Of a stretch of 64,000 nt of DNA, positions 18,725-26,687 are shown piece after piece. Both the position numbers and the translations under genes were made by a program. Source of the stretch: Bacilli bacterium. GTDB taxonomy: Bacteria; Bacillota_I; Bacilli_A; ML615J-28; CAG-698. Where the stretch lies: the NCBI GenBank assembly GCA_017617065.1, contig JAFZWP010000022.1:141214-205213 (forward strand). The letters run 5' to 3'. How positions within the stretch are numbered: position 1 is the first letter of the stretch; each line of letters opens with the position of its first letter. The notes below the pieces were generated by a model. It was not told the DNA's origin. It ran no database searches and was given only the letters and a program-made list of their open reading frames with translations.

Positions 18725-20536
18725 TTACTCAAATTGTGAATAATATAGTTGATGATAAAAGCCTTTATTGTTTAGTAATTCTTGATGCTTGCCCATCTCT
18801 ACGATATCTCCATCCTTAACAACTAAAATTAAATCAGCATTTTTAATGGTAGATAATCGGTGTGCAATGATGAAGCAAGTCTTTCCAACCATTAAGTCTT
18901 TCATTGCTTCTTGAATCTTAACTTCAGTTGATGTATCTACATTACTTGTAGCTTCATCCAAAATTAACATATTAGCATCAAGTAGCATCGCTCTTGCGAT
19001 TGTTAATAATTGTTTTTGACCTTTAGAGATATTTATTCCACCTTCTACTAAGACTGTATCGTATCCTTCTTTAAGCCTAGAAACAAAGCCATCAACTCTT
19101 GCTGCTTTACATGCATTAATTACATCATCTAAAGTTGCATCATCTTTACCATATTTAATATTTTCGTAAACACTTCCTTGGAATAGCCATGTATCTTGTA
19201 AAACCATTGCATAGCTCTTACGTAAATCAACGCGTTTTATATCTATGATGTTTGTATTATCTAAGCTAATCTCACCGTCCCAAATATCATAAAAGCGCAT
19301 TAATAAATTAACGATTGTAGTTTTACCAGCTCCGGTTGGTCCAACTATTGCAATAGTTTTACCAGCCATTGCTTCAAAACTTAAATCATGGATGATCGTA
19401 CGATCTAAATTATATCCAAACTTAACATGGTTAAACTTTACATCGCCTTTTACTTCTTCTAAACTAATAGCATGAGGATGGTCTTGTGCTTCAGGGGTAG
19501 CATCTATTAATTTAAATACTCTTTCTCCTGCTGCTAGTGCTGACTGTATGTCCACAAATATATTGGCTATTTCGTTAATAGGACCCGAGAACCTCCTTGA
19601 GTATTGAACAAAGCTAGCAAGATTACCAACTGTAAAGCCAGGGTTTGTTAGTAAAAGGATTGATCCAAACATACATACAAGCGAAAGTGATAAATTGTTA
19701 ACAAAGTTTACACCAGGACCAGTAATACTTCCATAAAACTCTGCTTTATATGCAGCAGTTGTAGCACGCAAGTTATATTCATCAAAGTTTTCTAAAACTT
19801 TTCCTTTAGTCGCATATGCTTTAATTGGTTTTATACCAGTTATCATCTCTTCAGAAAAACCATTAAGTTCGCCTAAAGTTCTACTTCTTGCTCTAAACAT
19901 CTTTTGTGTATGTTTAAGCATAAACCTAGTAAATAATAACGATATTGGAATAGTTATCACAAATACTAATACTAGTAATGGTGATAAAACTATCATCATA
20001 ATTAAAGAGCCAATTATTGTAATTGCGGATGTACATATTTGAATTAAATCACTAGATAGTGAAGTATTGATTGTATCAATGTCATAACTCATACGAGATA
20101 TGATATCTCCTGTTTGATATGAATCAAAGAAAGATATTGGTAAGCTCATTAGTCTAGAAAATGTATCTGCTCGCATTTTAAATACAATCTTCTTACTCAT
20201 CTTCATCATTATAATTGCTAATATATACGAAAAGACACTCGATAAAATATAAAAGCCTAACATCATAGATGCATATATAAATATGTCTTTAAGAATTTCT
20301 TTATTGGCCTGGCCTACTATTAAATCTTTAATATCATCCACAATATGACCAGATAATACTGGACCAATCAAAGCAAATAGGTTTGCTAAAATGGTTAAAG
20401 TTAATGCTAGTAATAACCACCATTTATAATAATACATATAATCCCAAAGACGTCTTAAAACATATTTGACATCTTTAGGTTTTTCTTTCATCTTAGTTGA
20501 TGACATTCTACGATTAGCGCCGCTATTCATGTTCAT
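18725..20536 (-). CDS. ABC exporter, fused permease-ATPase (heterodimer partner B)
   Basis: 6 TM helices plus NBD: Walker A GPTGAGKTT, signature ISKGQKQ, Walker B LILDEATS. 14-nt overlap with the upstream partner. Confidence 0.85.
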   Translation of the reverse strand: MNMNSGANRRMSSTKMKEKPKDVKYVLRRLWDYMYYYKWWLLLALTLTILANLFALIGPVLSGHIVDDIKDLIVGQANKEILKDIFIYASMMLGFYILSSVFSYILAIIMMKMSKKIVFKMRADTFSRLMSLPISFFDSYQTGDIISRMSYDIDTINTSLSSDLIQICTSAITIIGSLIMMIVLSPLLVLVFVITIPISLLFTRFMLKHTQKMFRARSRTLGELNGFSEEMITGIKPIKAYATKGKVLENFDEYNLRATTAAYKAEFYGSITGPGVNFVNNLSLSLVCMFGSILLLTNPGFTVGNLASFVQYSRRFSGPINEIANIFVDIQSALAAGERVFKLIDATPEAQDHPHAISLEEVKGDVKFNHVKFGYNLDRTIIHDLSFEAMAGKTIAIVGPTGAGKTTIVNLLMRFYDIWDGEISLDNTNIIDIKRVDLRKSYAMVLQDTWLFQGSVYENIKYGKDDATLDDVINACKAARVDGFVSRLKEGYDTVLVEGGINISKGQKQLLTIARAMLLDANMLILDEATSNVDTSTEVKIQEAMKDLMVGKTCFIIAHRLSTIKNADLILVVKDGDIVEMGKHQELLNNKGFYHQLYYSQFE

Positions 20537-22235
20537 CCCCCATTTGTAATTTATATGTATCTAAGTACTCTTTGCTACTAGCAAGCAAATCAGAGTGTGA
20601 CCCATATCCTACTTGTTTGCCATCTTCTAAAAGTAATATATGGTTACAATTAATAATTGAAGATATTCTTTCACTAATAATAATTGTTGTTGTATCTTTA
20701 TTAAATTCTTTCAAAGCCTTTCTTAAATTAGCATCAGTTTTATAATCTAGTGCGCTTGATGAATCATCTAAGATTAATATATCTGGCCTAGTTGCAATTG
20801 CCCTGGCAATTAACAATCTTTGCTTTTGCCCACCTGATACATTAGTACCTTTAGATGCAATCATGTAATCTAGACCTTCTTTTTTAGAGAAGACAGTTTC
20901 AGTTGCTTGGGCTACATCAATTGCTTTAATTATTTTCTCTTCATCTAAATCACGATTAAACTTTATATTATCTTTTATAGTTGCGGAAAACAAAATATCA
21001 TTTTGGAAAGCTACACCAAACTTTTTTTTAAGTTCTTCATCTTCCATTGATCTAATATCTTTCCCATCAATCAAAATCTGTCCACTATTAATATCATATA
21101 ATCTAAGTAGCAAGCTAATAATGGTAGTTTTACCAGATCCAGTTGGGCCAATGATTCCTAAGCTTTCACCTTTTTTTAGACTAAAATTGATATTAGTTAA
21201 ATTATCTACTTTTCCATTATATGAAAAATTGACATTTCTAAATTCAATATGGTTATCAGTAACATCAGCCTCAATATCAACTTTCTTTAAATCCTCATCT
21301 AAATCAAATACTGCTTCAATCCTTCTAGCCGAAGCAATAGTACGGCTTGACATTGTAAAGATTCTAGTAACACTTAACATAGCATTTAGAATAATATGAA
21401 AATAAGAAATAAAAGCAATAATCTTACCTACTTTTAAATCTCCACCTATAACCAAATACGCTCCAACTACTAATACACTTACTAGCCCCACATTTAAACA
21501 TAAGTTAATAAGTGGGCTAAGACGTGCCATCGTATATCCCGCTTTTAATTCATTATCAATAACTTTTTTATTGGCTTTTTCAAATCTTTCTTTTTCGTAT
21601 TCAGTTTTTGATAAAGCTTTAATTACTCTAATGCCAGTTACGCTTTCTCGTATATCTCTAACCATATCATCACTGGCATTTTGAATATCAGTATATAGAG
21701 GTATTCCTTTTTTAGATATTAATACAGTTATTAAAACAATAAAAGGAAGTACTGCTAGTAGAACTAGAGTTAGCTTAACATCAAGTGTAAAAGTAACAAT
21801 AATTCCCCCAACTAGTAAAATTGGCGCTCTAACTCCAAGACGTTGAATCATCCCAACAAAATGGTGAACATTATATGTATCATTATTCATTCTAGAAATT
21901 AATGAAGGAATTGTGATATCATCCATTTGTTTTGGACTCAAATCTTCGATTCTTTTAAATAAGTCATGTCTTAGGTCTGTTGTTACCATCATAGCAACTT
22001 TTGATGCCATTTGGTTAGCAAACATATTACCTAAAAAACATGCTCCGCTACAACCAATCATAATAATGCCATATATCACAATTGGCTTAATATCTCCAAG
22101 AGGTACTAATTCATCAATTATGAAAGATAAAATATATGGAATTACTAAATCCATTAGTGTTCCAAATATCTTTATCATTAAACCTAGTAACATTCTTGGA
22201 GTATATGGTTTAATATACTCTAATACTTTCCTCAT
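20523..22235 (-). CDS. ABC exporter, fused permease-ATPase (heterodimer partner A)
   Basis: 6 TM helices plus NBD: GPTGSGKTT, VSGGQKQRL, LILDDSSSALD. Confidence 0.85.
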   Translation of the reverse strand: MRKVLEYIKPYTPRMLLGLMIKIFGTLMDLVIPYILSFIIDELVPLGDIKPIVIYGIIMIGCSGACFLGNMFANQMASKVAMMVTTDLRHDLFKRIEDLSPKQMDDITIPSLISRMNNDTYNVHHFVGMIQRLGVRAPILLVGGIIVTFTLDVKLTLVLLAVLPFIVLITVLISKKGIPLYTDIQNASDDMVRDIRESVTGIRVIKALSKTEYEKERFEKANKKVIDNELKAGYTMARLSPLINLCLNVGLVSVLVVGAYLVIGGDLKVGKIIAFISYFHIILNAMLSVTRIFTMSSRTIASARRIEAVFDLDEDLKKVDIEADVTDNHIEFRNVNFSYNGKVDNLTNINFSLKKGESLGIIGPTGSGKTTIISLLLRLYDINSGQILIDGKDIRSMEDEELKKKFGVAFQNDILFSATIKDNIKFNRDLDEEKIIKAIDVAQATETVFSKKEGLDYMIASKGTNVSGGQKQRLLIARAIATRPDILILDDSSSALDYKTDANLRKALKEFNKDTTTIIISERISSIINCNHILLLEDGKQVGYGSHSDLLASSKEYLDTYKLQMGDEHE

Positions 22236-22237
22236 TA

Positions 22238-22678
22238 TTATTCCTCATAATGTTGATCAATGTAACTAGAAGCGTTATTAGCAACAATAGTTAATAATTC
22301 GTTTAACTTATCTTTATCTTCTTCATTTAAGCCACTAGTTATTATTTCATTAAACTTACCCATAGTTTCTTTAATATAAGGTAAAGTATCAAATGCTTTT
22401 TTAGTTGGATATACTTTATATGCTCTTTTATCATCAAGGTTCTTCTCACGGTAAACAAAACCAGCATCAATTAATGTTTTAATACTTCTAGCTACGTTAG
22501 ATTTATTAACATATACTTTTTTGGCTAATGCATCTTGACTTACTCCATCTGGATGATTGCATAAATAATAAATATACATATGATGCGAAGGTAGCAAATC
22601 AATATCTTTAAAAGCAATATTGCGATAAAGCATTGCGCATCTTTCTGTTATTGAAATCCATCTTGTAATTCTAGCCAT
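22238..22678 (-). CDS. MarR-family transcriptional regulator
   Basis: 146 aa with a winged helix-turn-helix core (QDALAKKVYVNKSNVARSIKTLIDAGFVYREKNLDDKRAYKVYPT). First gene of the ABC exporter operon. Confidence 0.85.
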   Translation of the reverse strand: MARITRWISITERCAMLYRNIAFKDIDLLPSHHMYIYYLCNHPDGVSQDALAKKVYVNKSNVARSIKTLIDAGFVYREKNLDDKRAYKVYPTKKAFDTLPYIKETMGKFNEIITSGLNEEDKDKLNELLTIVANNASSYIDQHYEE

Positions 22679-22688
22679 AATTCACCTC

Positions 22689-22714
22689 TAATTAGTTGCA
22701 TATGCAACTAATTA
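22689..22714. promoter_or_regulatory. Perfect 26-bp palindrome, probable MarR operator
   Basis: TAATTAGTTGCA-TA-TGCAACTAATTA lies between the predicted -10 and the SD of marR. Confidence 0.6.
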
Positions 22715-22715
22715 C

Positions 22716-22743
22716 ATTATACAATGATTTATTTATTAATCAA
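22716..22743 (-). promoter_or_regulatory. Candidate sigma-A promoter of the marR-ABC operon
   Basis: Minus strand TTGATT (22743-22738), 16-nt spacer, TATAAT (22721-22716). The palindrome starts 2 nt downstream of the -10. Confidence 0.55.
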
Positions 22744-22749
22744 TACATT

Positions 22750-23094
22750 TTAATAAATCATACAAATATTTAGTCCTTGATTTATGAACGCTTCCAATAT
22801 CCTTAGATCATATATGAATTCTTTTTGGCCGTCATAACTCCAAATAAAAATATAATCATCATTTAAATCTAAATACTTTTCTATTTCAATTAACATTCTT
22901 GATAATCTTTCACTAAAACATTCTGATACAATATCATACTTAATACTTTTGCAACCTTTAAAAATTGGATATATTCTAATAATATTTAAACCTATTAGAA
23001 TTATTTCATCATCTCTAAACCAACTGCAATTATCGCAAGTAATTATTTCAAACAAATTATTGATGTTTCTATTTTTCTTTTTAACGCAATACAT
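22750..23094 (-). CDS. Hypothetical small protein (114 aa)
   Basis: ORF with AAGGGG 5 nt upstream of the ATG. Cys-containing N-terminus (CDNCSW). No family recognised. Confidence 0.45.
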   Translation of the reverse strand: MYCVKKKNRNINNLFEIITCDNCSWFRDDEIILIGLNIIRIYPIFKGCKSIKYDIVSECFSERLSRMLIEIEKYLDLNDDYIFIWSYDGQKEFIYDLRILEAFINQGLNICMIY

Positions 23095-23152
23095 TTATAC
23101 CCCTTATATATATTTAACAAAAATCTCCTTCTTTTCTTAACAAAATAAAAAA

Positions 23153-23173
23153 AGTAGATACAATGTATCTACT
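23153..23173 (-). terminator. Rho-independent terminator after the LCP gene
   Basis: AGUAGAUAC-AUU-GUAUCUACU followed by UUUUUUUAUUUU. Includes the TAG stop. Confidence 0.8.
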
Positions 23174-24161
23174 TTTCTTCTTCTACTTTTTCATAAAATG
23201 TAGTTTTTATTAATTCTTTCATCTTATCTTCGTATGGAATAAACTCAATTAGGCCTTTGTTCTTTTGCGTATATCCTTCAATTTGCTTGATTCCATTGTA
23301 CTGGAATGTTTGGACATATTTTAATATATCTGCCATATCCATATAAGTTACATCCATACAAACATAATTGTTAATGATATGTAACATATCTAAGATATCT
23401 GAAAAAGTATAGTCATTAGTTCTAGCTTTTCTTACAACTTCTTCCATAAAGATTTTTTGACGACGCATTCTTGATACTTGCGTACCATCGCCAACTTCCA
23501 TTCTGGCACGAAGGTATAATAAGCAGTTATCACCAGTTAGAGTAATACTTGCTCCTTCTTCCCAATTCGGATCAATTACTGTTAAATCTTCATCAAGAGT
23601 AATTGTTACTCCACCCAAGAAGTCTACAATCAAAGGAACAGTTGTCATATTAATCCCAACATATCTTTCAATATCTACACCCATTAATACTTTTGTTACT
23701 GCTCTGCATGTGTTTCTAAAACTCATATCAAGGCCATCACCAACTGTATGGGCATAGTCAATTTGGGTATATTTAGAACCAATTACTTTACCACTTAAAC
23801 CTAAGATGTCTACTTCAACCATTGTGTCTCTACTTACTGGAATAATTGTATAAGAACTATCGGTTAGATTAAATGATACTAAGCAAATTAAATCATTTAA
23901 TGCAGTGTTGTTATAACCATTGCTTGCTTTCATCTCGCCAGTTGAGTCTATACCAACAATCAAATAATTAACTGTATCTTTAGCAATATATTTTTCATCA
24001 TCGATATAAATGATTTCATGTTCTTTTGGAGCGTTCTCAGCTCTTTCGGTTTTACTCTTTCTAGCATATAAGTAGTATCCACCACCAATACCAGCTATTG
24101 TTACCACTACACCGATAAGCGAAAGCATTATAATTAATATTATTTTTCGTGCTTTTACCAT
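23169..24161 (-). CDS. LytR-CpsA-Psr (LCP) family cell-envelope phosphotransferase
   Basis: N-terminal TM anchor plus an LCP-like core (NYLIVGIDS..., DTMVEV, RYVGINM, LLYLRAR). 330 aa. Confidence 0.75.
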   Translation of the reverse strand: MVKARKIILIIMLSLIGVVVTIAGIGGGYYLYARKSKTERAENAPKEHEIIYIDDEKYIAKDTVNYLIVGIDSTGEMKASNGYNNTALNDLICLVSFNLTDSSYTIIPVSRDTMVEVDILGLSGKVIGSKYTQIDYAHTVGDGLDMSFRNTCRAVTKVLMGVDIERYVGINMTTVPLIVDFLGGVTITLDEDLTVIDPNWEEGASITLTGDNCLLYLRARMEVGDGTQVSRMRRQKIFMEEVVRKARTNDYTFSDILDMLHIINNYVCMDVTYMDMADILKYVQTFQYNGIKQIEGYTQKNKGLIEFIPYEDKMKELIKTTFYEKVEEEK

Positions 24162-24186
24162 AATCTAACACCTACTAATACTAATA

Positions 24187-24213
24187 AAACTGCCTAGGGT
24201 CACTAGGCAGTTT
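24187..24213 (-). terminator. Rho-independent terminator after the collagen-like gene
   Basis: AAACUGCCUAG-UGACC-CUAGGCAGUUU followed by UAUUAG. Confidence 0.7.
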
Positions 24214-24223
24214 ATATTTTTAA

Positions 24224-26476
24224 TTATTCTTCTGAACCTTCATCACTTGGTGATAATAATTGACCACCAGTTAAAGCAACCATCTTTGCAACGCCTAGTG
24301 TGTATGCATCGCAATCGATTGTTAAGGCTCTATCCATCTTGCCACGAGGTTTTAACTTGTAAGCAGTCATCTTCTTGTCAACGCCTTTAACTCTTTCTTT
24401 GATAGCAGCTAGATCAACTTTTTCGCCTTCTTCAAATACTTCGCATAATTGATCTGTAAATACTTCACCAAAGTTAGTAGCATCAATTTCTCTATCAGCA
24501 TGACCAACTAAGTTTAGTGCATCGTTGTCATCCATCTTGCTATTGATGTTGTAAACAGAAGTTTCTTTTAATAATTTGTATTGACGAGCTCTAGCTTTTG
24601 GTTTTTCGCCTCTTTCTACACTCATCTTAATTTGACCTTTAGCAATTAAAGTCTTTTCAGAATCGCCTCTGAACTCTGCTAATTCATCAACAGGTTCGTA
24701 TTCTTTTTTCTTTTCTGCCTTAATGTCTTTTAATAAATCTTTTAAGATTTGAAGAGCATATTTAGTTCTTCTCATACTCTTAATCTTCATTACTGCGAAA
24801 CCATCTTTATCTGGTTGTAATGGAGTCTTAGGATCGCTAGCATATTTTTCAACATCTACAGTTACATATAAGTTAAGTGTTTTACCACGAACCATTAATC
24901 TAGCAAATGTTTCTCTGCTCTTAGCGAATGTTTCATGTTTCCAAGAAACTCTATTAGTAATTTGATATGAGCATAATAAATCTTTGATTAATTGATAGCA
25001 TTGTTGCATATTTTCATCTAATGCAACTAATTTAGCAATGTGAGATTTGTTGTAGTTAATTGATAAGAATTCATCTTTTTCTTCTACAACTTCTTCTTCC
25101 TCAGCAACTGCAGCTGCAGCAACAACTGGAACAACAACTGGTTCAACTTCTGGAGCAGGTTCTTCTGCTGGAACTTCTTCAACTACTTCTTCAGCAGCAG
25201 GTTCTTCAGCTACAGGTTCTTCTTCAGGTTGTGCTTCTTCTTCATTAGCTTGTTCTTGTTGTTCTTCTTCAGGTTGTTCTTCTTCAACTGGAGCTTCTTC
25301 TTTTTCTTCGTTATTGTCATCTTTATCTTTCTTGAAGAAGATATAGATTACAAGTAAGATGATTATGATTACTAATAAGATGATGATAATAATAAACATC
25401 CAGATAGGACCAGCACTGCCATCTTTTCCGTCTTTACCATCTTTACCATCTTGTCCATTTTGACCAGCTTGACCAGGTTGACCATCTTGTCCGTTTTGTC
25501 CATTTTGTCCATTTTGACCAGCTTGACCATTAGCAGCAATTCCTGTATCAACACCATTGATTATCCAGTTACCATTAGCACCGATTTCAATAGTTGGAGT
25601 TTGACCATCTTGTCCGTTTTGACCAGCAGGGCCTTGTTGACCTTGTTGTCCTTGTTCACCAGCAGGGCCTTGTTGACCTTGTTGTCCTTGTTCACCTTGA
25701 GCAGCAATACCAGTGTCTTGACCATCAATGAACCAATGACCATTATCACCAATAGTGATTAGAGGGCTATGACCATCTTCACCAGCTGGACCTTGAATAG
25801 CAACAGGTTGTGCATTTTCATCAGGTTGTAAGAATGCAACTGGACATAAGCTATCGAATTCAACTTCTAATTTTCCGTTGTCATGGTTGTATGCAACTTT
25901 GTCTGCATCTACAACTGCCCAATCTTTAGTTGTTTCGTTTTGGTGAATAACAACTGGAGATTTTCCATTTGAAGATGTGTAATCAAATTCAAATTTAATA
26001 GTTCCACCAGCAGCAAATACTGCTTTGATTTCATCTGTAACTGATAAGTCGAATACTTGTTCTGCATCGAAATCTTCTGACTTATACATTTTGCCATCAA
26101 CAACTAAGTCAGCTAATGCAGCTTGTAATTTTTCTTGACTAGCTTTTTGATCGCCTTCAAGTTCTTCACCAGCAAAGATTTGACGTAAAGCTGCTGTAGC
26201 TTCTTCTAGTGCTTGAACTTTTGTAGCGTCACCAGATTCTCCGCTTAATGGAGTGATAGTAACTTTTGATAAATCAACAGCTACTTCATTACCGTTAGCA
26301 TCAACAGATGTAGCCTTAGCTACTTCTGGAGTTTCTGCTGCAAATGGGCTTCCAGCAGGACTAGAAGTTGGACTAACCGTTGGGCTAGGTTCAGCAAATG
26401 CAACAGGGATACTAACTAATACTAATAACATTGCTACTACTAAAGTAAATAGCATTTTGAAATTAATTTTTTTCAT
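24224..26476 (-). CDS. Single-pass membrane protein with extracellular collagen-like (GXY) repeats and a large cytoplasmic C-terminal domain
   Basis: 750 aa. Signal peptide (...IPVAFA/EP). GXY runs over residues 229-356 (GPAGEQGQQGQQG, GQNGQDG, GKDGKDGKDG). TM helix at about 358-381 (WMFIIIIILLVIIIILLVIYIFF). E/P/V-rich acidic linker, then a basic domain of about 280 aa. Confidence 0.8.
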   Translation of the reverse strand: MKKINFKMLFTLVVAMLLVLVSIPVAFAEPSPTVSPTSSPAGSPFAAETPEVAKATSVDANGNEVAVDLSKVTITPLSGESGDATKVQALEEATAALRQIFAGEELEGDQKASQEKLQAALADLVVDGKMYKSEDFDAEQVFDLSVTDEIKAVFAAGGTIKFEFDYTSSNGKSPVVIHQNETTKDWAVVDADKVAYNHDNGKLEVEFDSLCPVAFLQPDENAQPVAIQGPAGEDGHSPLITIGDNGHWFIDGQDTGIAAQGEQGQQGQQGPAGEQGQQGQQGPAGQNGQDGQTPTIEIGANGNWIINGVDTGIAANGQAGQNGQNGQNGQDGQPGQAGQNGQDGKDGKDGKDGSAGPIWMFIIIIILLVIIIILLVIYIFFKKDKDDNNEEKEEAPVEEEQPEEEQQEQANEEEAQPEEEPVAEEPAAEEVVEEVPAEEPAPEVEPVVVPVVAAAAVAEEEEVVEEKDEFLSINYNKSHIAKLVALDENMQQCYQLIKDLLCSYQITNRVSWKHETFAKSRETFARLMVRGKTLNLYVTVDVEKYASDPKTPLQPDKDGFAVMKIKSMRRTKYALQILKDLLKDIKAEKKKEYEPVDELAEFRGDSEKTLIAKGQIKMSVERGEKPKARARQYKLLKETSVYNINSKMDDNDALNLVGHADREIDATNFGEVFTDQLCEVFEEGEKVDLAAIKERVKGVDKKMTAYKLKPRGKMDRALTIDCDAYTLGVAKMVALTGGQLLSPSDEGSEE
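25409..25792 (-). repeat. Collagen-like triplet-repeat coding region (imperfect 9-bp periodicity)
   Basis: The DNA shows reiterated ACCATCTTT/ACCTTGTTG-type 9-mers encoding G-X-Y. It is interrupted by two copies of the motif I(T/E)IG(D/A)NG(H/N)W(F/I)I(D/N)G(Q/V)DTGIAA. Confidence 0.85.
25622..25693. repeat. Perfect 36-bp tandem duplication (2 copies)
   Basis: 25622-25657 and 25658-25693 are both ACCAGCAGGGCCTTGTTGACCTTGTTGTCCTTGTTC, encoding (GEQGQQGQQGPA)x2 in frame. Confidence 0.95.
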
Positions 26477-26561
26477 TTTTTATCTCCTTGTTTTTTTAAA
26501 AAGTTGTCTTTTTTTAGTAATAAATATCACTCATATCAAAAAAATAACACTTCTTTTCCAT

Positions 26562-26590
26562 ATTTTACTTTAAATCTGAAATATTTTCAA
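26562..26590 (-). promoter_or_regulatory. Candidate promoter of the collagen-like gene
   Basis: Minus strand TTGAAA (26590-26585), 17-nt spacer, TAAAAT (26567-26562). AAGGAG lies before the ATG at 26476. Confidence 0.45.
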
Positions 26591-26608
26591 CTGTTTGCTA
26601 TTTTTTCA

Positions 26609-26636
26609 TTATTTATGAAAACACTTTCATAAATAA
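26609..26636. other. 12-bp-arm perfect inverted repeat (TTATTTATGAAA-acac-TTTCATAAATAA)
   Basis: Read directly from the sequence. Sits between the leuS terminator and the predicted -35 of the collagen-like gene. Confidence 0.5.
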
Positions 26637-26639
26637 AAA

Positions 26640-26677
26640 TGCGCTTACTTATCTAATTAAACTAAATAGGAAGCGCA
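26640..26677 (-). terminator. Probable terminator after leuS (long imperfect hairpin)
   Basis: UGCGCUU...AAGCGCA with a partly paired 24-nt interior, followed by UUUUUAUUU on the minus-strand RNA. Confidence 0.5.
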
Positions 26678-26687
26678 CTTTTGCATA

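Noticed and set aside
25060-26573. Six short ORFs in other frames or strands inside the collagen-like gene (25060-25248, 25372-25557, 25451-25762, 25561-25752, 25909-26103, 26253-26573)
   Set aside because: Their translations are monotonous (LLQ, KMDKMVK, LTSLT repeats). This is what out-of-frame reading of GXY and Glu/Pro-rich triplet repeats produces. The 750-aa frame explains the region.
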